From contig OZ252100.1 of NCBI GenBank assembly GCA_965248435.1, positions 3,680,001 to 3,744,000 of the forward strand: a stretch of 64,000 nt of DNA, written 5' to 3'. This DNA comes from Candidatus Latescibacterota bacterium. Its GTDB lineage: Bacteria; Latescibacterota; UBA2968; GCA-2709665. Below, in pieces: positions 56,464 through 64,000 of the stretch. The notes under the pieces are model-generated. The model worked only from the letters and a program-made list of their open reading frames with translations. It ran no database searches and was not told the origin of the DNA. A program made the position numbers and the translations under genes. The number at the start of each line of letters is the position of its first letter. The stretch's first letter is position 1.

Positions 56464-57378
56464 ATGAAGATCAGAGGCGTTCTGCCCGCGCTTATCACGC
56501 CGTTTCGGGAAGACGGCGCGGTTGATGAAGAGAGGCTGCGGAAGTTTGTGAAGTTTCTTACGCCGCAGGTCCACGGCCTCTATCCGTGCGGGTCCTACGG
56601 TTCTGGGCCGCTGATGACGGAGGAGGAGCGGAAACGGGTCCTAGAGATCATCGTAGAGGAGGTGGACGGGCGGATTCCGGTGGTGGTGCACGTCGGCACA
56701 GCGGATACACCCTCGACCCTGCGTCTCGCCCATCATGCGGAGGATCTCGGCGTCGCCGCAGTGGCCTGCCTTACGCCTTACTACTATCTGCATGGCTTTA
56801 GAAACGTCATCGCGCACTTCAAGGCCGTTCTCGCTGAGATATCGACGCCGGTCTTCCTGTATCACAACCCCAAGTACACCAACCTGACGTCGTTGACTGC
56901 CGATCACGTCGCGGAATTGGCAGAGATGGGGGTGCGCGGACTGAAAGACAGCAGCGCGAACCTGGGGTTCTTCTACGACTGCGCGGCCAAGATCGACCGG
57001 GCCGATTTCACTCTGCTGATCGGCTCGCAGACGGCCCTGCTGCCGGCGCTCGTGGGCGGGGGTCACGGCTGCGTGTCCGGGCTCTCGAATCTGTTTCCTG
57101 GTCTGGTGAACCGGATCTACGACCTGGCGAACGCAGGAGATTACGGAGCCGCGCTGGAGCTGCAGAGGAAAGCGAACGCACTGCGAAAGCTGACGGGAGA
57201 GGGGATTCCAGTACCGTTCTATCACGAAGCGCTCAAGTACCGGGAGATCGATCTGGGTGTGCCGCGCCTGCCGCATCTTCCTTTCAACGAGGCCGACAGA
57301 AAACGGATTGTGGAACCGATGAAAGAGGCCCTCGAGCTGGAAGCGCGTTTGAGCCAAAACCATGAGACATCCGATTGA
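56464..57378 (+). CDS. Dihydrodipicolinate synthase family class I aldolase/dehydratase
   Basis: GVLPALITPF, CGSYG, GRIPVVVHVG, TPYYY, FLYHNP, GLKDSS. Confidence 0.9.
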   Translation: MKIRGVLPALITPFREDGAVDEERLRKFVKFLTPQVHGLYPCGSYGSGPLMTEEERKRVLEIIVEEVDGRIPVVVHVGTADTPSTLRLAHHAEDLGVAAVACLTPYYYLHGFRNVIAHFKAVLAEISTPVFLYHNPKYTNLTSLTADHVAELAEMGVRGLKDSSANLGFFYDCAAKIDRADFTLLIGSQTALLPALVGGGHGCVSGLSNLFPGLVNRIYDLANAGDYGAALELQRKANALRKLTGEGIPVPFYHEALKYREIDLGVPRLPHLPFNEADRKRIVEPMKEALELEARLSQNHETSD

Positions 57379-57526
57379 AGATCACCGATATCCAGACCGC
57401 GTTCTTGAAGGGTTTCGCGGAGACTGGATCGTGGTCAAGCTCCTGACCCGTGGGTTGGGCGTTGAACTCGACGAGGATGCAGCAAGGCGATACTTGAGAG
57501 AGGGAGAAACGCTGTTCGGGATCTGA
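57375..57526 (+). pseudogene. Internally deleted mandelate racemase/muconate lactonizing enzyme (enolase superfamily) gene
   Basis: TTG overlapping the upstream TGA gives MKITDIQTAFLKGF; after a frameshift GDWIVVKLLT joins directly to RGLGVELDEDAARRYLREGETLFGI*. Confidence 0.7.
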
Positions 57527-57568
57527 TGGATCGCGTTGCAGAGACCGTTTCACTGAAGGAGTGAGCCG

Positions 57569-58528
57569 ATGCAAGGCCCAATCGCGAGTCGCGTTACCGA
57601 CGTTATCGGTCGTACCCCGATCGTGCGGCTGGACCGCCTGTCGCCTTCGCGTGGGGCGACGATTCTGGGGAAGATGGAGTACCTGAATCCGGGAGGCAGC
57701 GTGAAGGATCGGATTGCGCTGAGCATGATCGAAGATGCCGAACAGTCGGGACGGTTGAAGCCGGGGATGACGATCGTGGAGGCGACGAGTGGAAATACAG
57801 GTATCGGACTGGCGATGCTGTGCGCCAAGCTGGGCTACAGGCTGGTTCTGACCATGCCGGAGACGATGAGTTTCGAGCGGCGGGCTTTGGTTACCCGCTA
57901 CGGCGCTGAAGTGATCATCACTGAGGGCTCGGGTGACATGGAGGGGTCCAGACAGCGAGCGCGGGAGGTCGTCGAGAAGAATCCGGACTGCATCGAGTTG
58001 AAGCAGTTCGACAACCCGGCGAACCCTGAAGTACACAGACGGACGACCGGCCCGGAGATCCTTGACGCGACATCGGGAAAGGTCACTGCGTTTGTCGCCG
58101 GAATCGGAACCGGAGGTACGGTCACGGGCGTAGGTGAGGTGTTGAAGGCCGAACTGTCCGACGTTAAGGTCGTGGGCGTGGAGCCGGCGGGATCGGCTGT
58201 GTTGAGTGGCAAACCGGCTGGACCTCACATGATCGAAGGGATCGGCGCCGGGTTCGTGCCCTCCATCCTGAACCGGGATATCCTGGACGAAGTGATGACG
58301 GTCGGAGACCGCGAAGCCTTCGACATGTCAGAGGCGCTGGCCAGGGAAGAGGCCCTGCTCGTGGGGATTTCCTCCGGGGCAGCCGTCGCCGCCGCGCAGA
58401 AGGTGGCGGAGCGGTTGTCGACAGATGATGTTGTGGTGACCGTCCTGTGCGATACCGGTACGCGATACTTCAGCATCGAGGAGTACTTCCGAAAGGATCA
58501 GGTAAAGGACCAGAGCGCGTTGTTGTGA
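57569..58528 (+). CDS. cysK: Cysteine synthase A (O-acetylserine sulfhydrylase)
   Basis: IGRTPIVRL, NPGGSVKDR (PLP Lys), EATSGNTGIGLA, QFDNPAN, GTGGT, IEGIGAGF, GISSGA. Confidence 0.92.
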   Translation: MQGPIASRVTDVIGRTPIVRLDRLSPSRGATILGKMEYLNPGGSVKDRIALSMIEDAEQSGRLKPGMTIVEATSGNTGIGLAMLCAKLGYRLVLTMPETMSFERRALVTRYGAEVIITEGSGDMEGSRQRAREVVEKNPDCIELKQFDNPANPEVHRRTTGPEILDATSGKVTAFVAGIGTGGTVTGVGEVLKAELSDVKVVGVEPAGSAVLSGKPAGPHMIEGIGAGFVPSILNRDILDEVMTVGDREAFDMSEALAREEALLVGISSGAAVAAAQKVAERLSTDDVVVTVLCDTGTRYFSIEEYFRKDQVKDQSALL

Positions 58529-58539
58529 GAGGGTGAGGG

Positions 58540-59682
58540 ATGGAGTTGAGCCGGAAAGAGCGGGCGTTCGAGTCCCGGTTTCGGAAGAAGCTGGCGGTTT
58601 GGCCCGTGCAGAGCATTTGGCCCGGGATTCTTCTGAGCGCGCTGTTGACCTTTCTTGCAGCGTTCCTTCACGTTTTGCCTTTCGCGCCGTTTACACTTTC
58701 CGATGGCCAGCATCCTGTCAGCGCCGTGTTACTGGCCTTGCTGTTGGGCGTGGCGGTTCGCAACCTGATCCCCGCTGCTTCACACTTGAAACCGGGCACG
58801 GACGCAATTGTGAAGACGTGGCTCCCGGTGGGCATCGTGCTTTTGGGGGCCAGGCTCGATTTCTACGTTCTTGTCGGCGTTGCAATTCAGGTGGCAGTGG
58901 GCGCAGCGCTGTTGATCGGGGTGATGATCGTGCTGACCCGTCTGCTGGCTCGCTGGTGTCGGGTTGGAGAACGGCTAGGTCTGCTGATCGGCGTGGGGAC
59001 CGCGATCTGCGGGAGTTCTGCGATCGTTGCGGTCGCGCCGGTGGTGGAGGCGAATGATGAGGAGATGGCCTACTCGATAGGCGTGATCAACCTGCTTGGC
59101 ATCGTCGCCATGCTTTTGTTTCCAGTGGCCGGCACGTTGTTTGGATTGGATGCGACGCTTTACGGGACCTGGTGCGGACTGGGGATCCACGCGACCCCTC
59201 AGGTGATTGCGGCCGGATTCGCACATACGGTCGACGGTCAAACCGCGGGAGAGATGGCCACGATCGTCAAACTGGTGAGGATCTCCCTCCTGGGGCCGGT
59301 GGTGTTCGGGATGGGCATCTGGTACGCCTACCACCAGAGGCGAAAGGCGGCCACCATCGGAGCACCGGTGAGGTATTCGAAGCTGGTTCCGGGTTTTGTG
59401 CTGCTGTTCCTGGGGATGGCCCTCCTGCGGACAGTGGGATTGCTGCCGGAAGTGACGTTTCATCTCAAAGCGCCGTTCCTTCTCGGGGAGGGGGATCGAA
59501 TCGTAGATCTGGCTCAACTGTTCAGTGATACGGGGAAGTGGGTGATTACGGCGGCGATGGCAGGGGTAGGGCTTTCTACGGAGTTCCGGGCCATGAAATC
59601 GGGAGGTATCAGGCCGTTGGTCCTGGGCGTGATGGCCGCGATCGGGATCGCGGTTCTCGCGTTGTTCGTGTCGAGTCTATAA
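58540..59682 (+). CDS. YeiH family putative sulfate exporter membrane protein
   Basis: GIVLLGARL, GTAICGSSAIVAVAP, ATIVKLVR, AMAGVGL. Confidence 0.88.
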   Translation: MELSRKERAFESRFRKKLAVWPVQSIWPGILLSALLTFLAAFLHVLPFAPFTLSDGQHPVSAVLLALLLGVAVRNLIPAASHLKPGTDAIVKTWLPVGIVLLGARLDFYVLVGVAIQVAVGAALLIGVMIVLTRLLARWCRVGERLGLLIGVGTAICGSSAIVAVAPVVEANDEEMAYSIGVINLLGIVAMLLFPVAGTLFGLDATLYGTWCGLGIHATPQVIAAGFAHTVDGQTAGEMATIVKLVRISLLGPVVFGMGIWYAYHQRRKAATIGAPVRYSKLVPGFVLLFLGMALLRTVGLLPEVTFHLKAPFLLGEGDRIVDLAQLFSDTGKWVITAAMAGVGLSTEFRAMKSGGIRPLVLGVMAAIGIAVLALFVSSL

Positions 59683-59692
59683 AGGCGGAGTT

Positions 59693-61219
59693 ATGAGTGA
59701 GCAACCGAACATCCTCCTGATCCTGACGGATGAACACGCGCCCAAGGTGGCCGGGTATTCGGGTGATGGGGTTGTCCGTACGCAGCACCTGAACGACATG
59801 GCCGGACGCTCCGTCCAGTTCGATAACGCCTTCTGCGCGTCGCCGGTCTGCACCCCCTCGAGGATGTGCCTGCTTACGGGCAAAGATGATCACCGATGCG
59901 CGGCATGGGGCAACCACTGGATCATCTTTCCTGAACACGTGACCTGGCCAGCCCATTTCGCGGCGCACGGGTATCGCACCGGTCTAGTCGGTAAGATGCA
60001 CTTCGGCGGTCGCGACCAGATGCAGGGGTTCCAGGTGCGACCTTACGGAGACCTTCGACACGGCTTAAGCCATCAGCCCGAACCGATCGACCTGTTTCCC
60101 TCTTATCATTCCGCCCCAAGTGCCGGGATCACAGAGATTCCAGAGAGTCTTCTGCAGGATGTGGTGGTCACGAGGGAGACGATCGCCCTTTTGCTCGAAC
60201 ACCAGAGCAGTGAACCGGAGACACCCTGGTTCGTATGTGCCTCCTATTCCCGGCCGCACAGTCCCTTTACGGCCCCGGGACGCTACATCGGGTACTATCG
60301 CGATCGGCTGCCACCGATCGATCCGCCCTCGGCCTATGCGGAAAAGCTGGAGCCGTTTGCGCGACGCCTCTGGCGCGATTTTACGCCTGAGGAGACTCAG
60401 CGCGGACGGGAAGCCTACTATGCCTGTGTGGATTTCGTGGATGACTGCATCGGCGAACTCGTGAAGGGTCTGGGCGACGCCGGCCTGCTCGATAACACGG
60501 TCGTCATCTACACGAGCGATCACGGAGAGATGGCCGGCCTGCACGGTCTCTGGGGAAAACAAAACTACTTCGATCCTTCGATCGGGGTTCCGTTTCTGAT
60601 CCAGGGCCCGGGGATACGTGAGGGACATCACCGGGTTCTCCATCCGATCTCGCTCATCGACCTGTATCCGACGACCTGCGGTCTGGCCGGTCTGCCGATT
60701 CCGGAAGGGTTGGACGGCGTAGACTTCAGCGGCCTGCTGGCGGACCCTGAGGATGCTGCGGCACCTCGGGAGTACGTGACAGCCGGTTACTGTTTCTACG
60801 GGGTTAAGATCAACTACAAACAGACAGCGGACGAGGACGCGGCGGCAGGGATGCGTGTCGTGAGGAGCCGGGACTGGAAGTACGTGGATATCGAGAGGGG
60901 TGACCGGCTGCTGTTCGATATGGTGAACGATCCGGGCGAGGAGACGAACCTGGCTGAAAGCTCTGATCAAGCCGATCGATGTCGGAAGATGAGGGAAGCC
61001 CTTTTCGAGGGATTCAGCTGGGAACGGGTTCACGAACAGATGGCGGCGGACAGGGCCCGGGTGTCCGAATTCCAGTCCGGGCAGAAACCGACGACGCCGA
61101 ATCAATACATGCTTCCTGACGGGCGGGTCTTCGATGCGGAGGGGGCGCTCTACGATGCACGGTGGCTCTCTGTCGTACCCGATGCCACTGGCGGGATTAT
61201 TCCCCAGCAGTTCGGATAA
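59693..61219 (+). CDS. Formylglycine-dependent sulfatase (choline-sulfatase-like)
   Basis: PNILLILTDEH, CTPSR, GKMHF, RPHSPF, TSDHGEM. Confidence 0.92.
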   Translation: MSEQPNILLILTDEHAPKVAGYSGDGVVRTQHLNDMAGRSVQFDNAFCASPVCTPSRMCLLTGKDDHRCAAWGNHWIIFPEHVTWPAHFAAHGYRTGLVGKMHFGGRDQMQGFQVRPYGDLRHGLSHQPEPIDLFPSYHSAPSAGITEIPESLLQDVVVTRETIALLLEHQSSEPETPWFVCASYSRPHSPFTAPGRYIGYYRDRLPPIDPPSAYAEKLEPFARRLWRDFTPEETQRGREAYYACVDFVDDCIGELVKGLGDAGLLDNTVVIYTSDHGEMAGLHGLWGKQNYFDPSIGVPFLIQGPGIREGHHRVLHPISLIDLYPTTCGLAGLPIPEGLDGVDFSGLLADPEDAAAPREYVTAGYCFYGVKINYKQTADEDAAAGMRVVRSRDWKYVDIERGDRLLFDMVNDPGEETNLAESSDQADRCRKMREALFEGFSWERVHEQMAADRARVSEFQSGQKPTTPNQYMLPDGRVFDAEGALYDARWLSVVPDATGGIIPQQFG

Positions 61220-61223
61220 CATC

Positions 61224-61254
61224 AGTTTCGAGTTTCTAGTTTCTGGTTTCTAGT
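61224..61254 (+). repeat. Heptamer tandem repeat AGTTTCT
   Basis: agtttcg-agtttct-agtttct-ggtttct-agtt after the stop codon. Confidence 0.65.
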
Positions 61255-61276
61255 TAAAGGCAGGGAGGAGCGAGTT

Positions 61277-62803
61277 GTGATCGAGATCGGCCCGAAGCGT
61301 CAGCTTTTCTTGGATGATCACCTGATCGGCCGGATGGACAACGTCTTCCGCGTCCTTCATCAGCCGGAGAAACACCCCGACAATCCGGTCATGATTCCAG
61401 AGCATCACTGGGAAGGATCCGGGGCCTCACCGAACATGGTGATCTACGATGAGGAGGAAGGACTCTACAAGCTGTGGTACACAAGCTTCAAAGAACACGA
61501 TTCGTTGCCCGGGCTTGAGGATCTGTCGAAGGTGGACGGGATTCACGGGAAGAATTCGGTCGAGGTGCCCGGACTGGACATCCGCCAGCGGAAGGGCGGA
61601 CCCTTGAACGTCTACTCCCACTCCTACGCGACGTCGACCGACGGGATCCATTTCGAAAAACCGGCCCTGGGCCTTGTGGCCTTTCCGGGCTCGGATGAGA
61701 AGACGAACCTCTGTCCGCGCAGGCCTGCGATGTATGACCCGGACGACCCGGATCCTCAGAAGCGGTTCAAGGCAAGGATTGGCACAGGGGACCGGTCGAA
61801 TCGTATGGGGATTTCCTGGTCGCCCGACGGGCTTCACTGGACGGACCACCCTGAGAATCCGGTGCTCGACAAGGGTGTGGGCGCCGGACACGTGATCTGG
61901 GAGGAACGGCTCAACCAGTACGTGGGATACTGCAGACCGATGCCGTGGCTTGTCTACCCGGAACGGGGTCCGCGGGGTATACGCGTTCTGGGCCGGTGCA
62001 CGAGTCCCGACTTCGTCAAGTGGACACTGCCGCAGGATGACGTCGTGCTCGTGCCGGACGATCAGGACGACATCGGGATCGAGTTCTACAACATGCCGTT
62101 TTTCAAGTACGAGGGGTGTTACCTCGGATTCCTGTGGATCTACTACAATTATACCCATACGGGAAATACGGATCCGGAAAGCGGAGGCAGGCCCTCCGAT
62201 GCCGAGGGACTGGACAAACTGATGGACTCACAGCTCGCCTTCACCCGAGATGGCCACGTTTGGACGCGCGTATGCGACCGCGAACTGTTTATGGCGTGCG
62301 GGAAGCCTGGTACCTGGGACGAAATGGAGATTCATCCGACGTGTATGATCGAGCGCGACGGCGAGTTGAAGATCTACTACTCCGGAAAGATCAGGGGTCA
62401 CGGACAGCGGTTGTCTCGCGTGACTGAGACGATCGTCGAGGGTCGCGAGGTTACTGGGGGGGTCGGACTGGCCACGCTCCGCCTGGACGGGTTCGTCTCG
62501 GTCAATGCAGGGGAGGATGTCGGGGAACTGATGACACGGCCGTTCGATCCCGGTGGTGGAGAAAAGGTGTTCATCAATGCGAGTGCGCCGGGAGGGAGCG
62601 TCGGGGTGGAGGTCCTGGATCAGTACGCGGAGCCGCTAGAGAGTTACGCTCGGGAGGATGCGATTCCGTTCACAGGCGATGAGATCGATCACGAGGTGCA
62701 GTGGAAAGAGAGACGGGCCATGGAGGGACTGAACGGAGCGCCGATCCGTCTTCGGTTCGTGATGAAGGATGCTGAGCTCTACTCGTTCAGAATAGGATCT
62801 TGA
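61277..62803 (+). CDS. GH32/GH43-like propeller hypothetical protein (distant homologue of 45088/47173)
   Basis: RQLFLDD, YATSTDGIHFEKP, SPDGLHWT, LATLRLDGFVS. Confidence 0.7.
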   Translation: MIEIGPKRQLFLDDHLIGRMDNVFRVLHQPEKHPDNPVMIPEHHWEGSGASPNMVIYDEEEGLYKLWYTSFKEHDSLPGLEDLSKVDGIHGKNSVEVPGLDIRQRKGGPLNVYSHSYATSTDGIHFEKPALGLVAFPGSDEKTNLCPRRPAMYDPDDPDPQKRFKARIGTGDRSNRMGISWSPDGLHWTDHPENPVLDKGVGAGHVIWEERLNQYVGYCRPMPWLVYPERGPRGIRVLGRCTSPDFVKWTLPQDDVVLVPDDQDDIGIEFYNMPFFKYEGCYLGFLWIYYNYTHTGNTDPESGGRPSDAEGLDKLMDSQLAFTRDGHVWTRVCDRELFMACGKPGTWDEMEIHPTCMIERDGELKIYYSGKIRGHGQRLSRVTETIVEGREVTGGVGLATLRLDGFVSVNAGEDVGELMTRPFDPGGGEKVFINASAPGGSVGVEVLDQYAEPLESYAREDAIPFTGDEIDHEVQWKERRAMEGLNGAPIRLRFVMKDAELYSFRIGS

Positions 62804-62806
62804 CGT

Positions 62807-62993
62807 GGGCACCCCTTAGCTGTGGGACCCGACTCCAGTCGGGGAAAGGGCCGTTAGAATTCAATTAGGCCCGTGAATTGACGTGTCAACATCCCCAATT
62901 CTGGTGTCGCCGGCCTTATCAATTGGCTCCATCTGACGAGGTTAGAGCCAGTTCCCGGTCTGAAGACCGGTCCCACACCGATGGCCGGCTGAC
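62807..62993. repeat. REPIN-like element: two inward-facing GTGGGACC REPs
   Basis: tgtgggacccgactccagtcggggaa (62821-62846) and ttcccggtctgaagaccggtcccaca (62952-62977). Confidence 0.75.
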
Positions 62994-63031
62994 AAGCAGG
63001 TGAATAAAGAGGGATTCATGGTGAGCTCAAA

Positions 63032-63799
63032 ATGAAAGGCCTCACAGAAAAAGAACGCTCTTCGTACGAACGTGACGGATTCTTCGTCGTGGAGAATTTA
63101 CTTCCCAGGGAGGAAGTCGATGAACTGCTGGCGCGATTCCGCGAATACACACACGGGGATCGGGACCGGGGAGCGATACGCTTTCGAACGGAGCCCAGAG
63201 TCGAGCGGGGCGAGATCAGCGTTGACCATCCCGGGGATGGGATCCGCAAGGTGGACGGGCTCGTGGAAGGGGATGACCACTTTCAGGCTCTGGGCACACA
63301 TCCCGAGATCGTGTCCAAGGTCGAAGGGATACTGGGTCCCGACATCAAGATGTTTCGGAATACGCTGATGCCAAAAGCGCCCGGCGTGGGTTCAGCCAAA
63401 GGTTTTCATCAAGACTCCCCGTATTGGCCGATCGAACCAATGGCTCTAGTCTCGTGCTGGTTTGCACTGGACGACACCGACGAGGAGAACGGATGTATGC
63501 AGGTCCTTCCAGGAGGTCACAGGCGGGGCCCGCTCCCGCACGTTCGAGTGACGGACGATTTCGTGATCGACCATGAAGTTCAGGTTGAACTCGGCGGATT
63601 GAGGGTCGTGCCGATTTCTGCAGGTGCGGGCATCTTCTTTCACTCGCTGCTGCCCCACTACACCTCGCCTAATCGCTCCGAAAGATGGCGCCGCGCCATC
63701 GCCCTTTCCTACATGAGCGCTAAGTTTCGCTACACGAAAGAAGGCCCCCTGCCTGAATACTTTCAGGTCAAGGGGCAGTCCTATCCCGGCTGCGTCTAA
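63032..63799 (+). CDS. Phytanoyl-CoA dioxygenase (PhyH) family Fe/2OG enzyme
   Basis: YERDGFFVV, HQD, WFALDD.DEENGCM.V.PG.H, FHSLLPH, NRS..RRA. Confidence 0.9.
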   Translation: MKGLTEKERSSYERDGFFVVENLLPREEVDELLARFREYTHGDRDRGAIRFRTEPRVERGEISVDHPGDGIRKVDGLVEGDDHFQALGTHPEIVSKVEGILGPDIKMFRNTLMPKAPGVGSAKGFHQDSPYWPIEPMALVSCWFALDDTDEENGCMQVLPGGHRRGPLPHVRVTDDFVIDHEVQVELGGLRVVPISAGAGIFFHSLLPHYTSPNRSERWRRAIALSYMSAKFRYTKEGPLPEYFQVKGQSYPGCV

Positions 63800-63955
63800 A
63801 GTCCGTCGGAGGCGTGGTTCGAATCGGTCGAGCGCGACCGGCTGAGGATTCGGGACTAGAGCGGATTTATGTCGCTCCTCAATAAATGATTCCGTATGTT
63901 GGGATGAACTTTCGCGAGTAAGATCGTGCCAGGTCATTGCAGGAGGACATCAGCC

Positions 63956-64000
63956 ATGGCAGAGCCCATCGCATACCTGAAGGGAAAATTCATACCCTAC
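63956..64000 (+). CDS. Partial CDS at the window edge, possibly a class IV aminotransferase
   Basis: AGGAGG then ATG: MAEPIAYLKGKFIPY; only 15 codons visible. Confidence 0.4.
   Translation, partial: MAEPIAYLKGKFIPY

Noticed and set aside
1-64000. tRNA, rRNA, riboswitch or prophage genes
   Set aside because: No cloverleaf, rRNA-like or phage hallmark sequence was recognised by eye; an Infernal/Rfam scan of the intergenic regions would be needed to exclude small RNAs.

Overview
A high-GC (~60%) bacterial window read with the standard code. It is almost entirely a + strand catabolic gene region with no recognisable transcriptional regulator. The gene content (DUF6785/6784 membrane proteins, signal-less GHL10-like, FG-GAP and beta-propeller proteins, sulfatases) resembles Latescibacterota/Poribacteria-type genomes; this is an inference, as no marker gene is present. 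Tandem paralogue arrays dominate: 3 HpcH aldolases, 3 GHL10-like hydrolases, 2 FG-GAP proteins, 4 mosaic ~828-aa proteins and 2 propeller proteins. The intergenic DNA is rich in small elements: (i) a four-helix-bundle gene bracketed by inverted GGGTACC arrays, a decayed second copy and several solo arms placed just after stop codons; (ii) a 24-bp element inserted without target duplication into GC hairpins, once nested inside itself; (iii) GTAG/GTGG REP families next to a truncated RAYT-like gene; (iv) a complete ISL3 with an 8-bp target duplication in a hairpin loop. Four pseudogenes were read from the sequence: a DUF6785 gene with Trp->TGA, a four-helix-bundle remnant, an internally deleted enolase-superfamily gene and the RAYT fragment. 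All family calls come from motif recognition by eye, not database searches.
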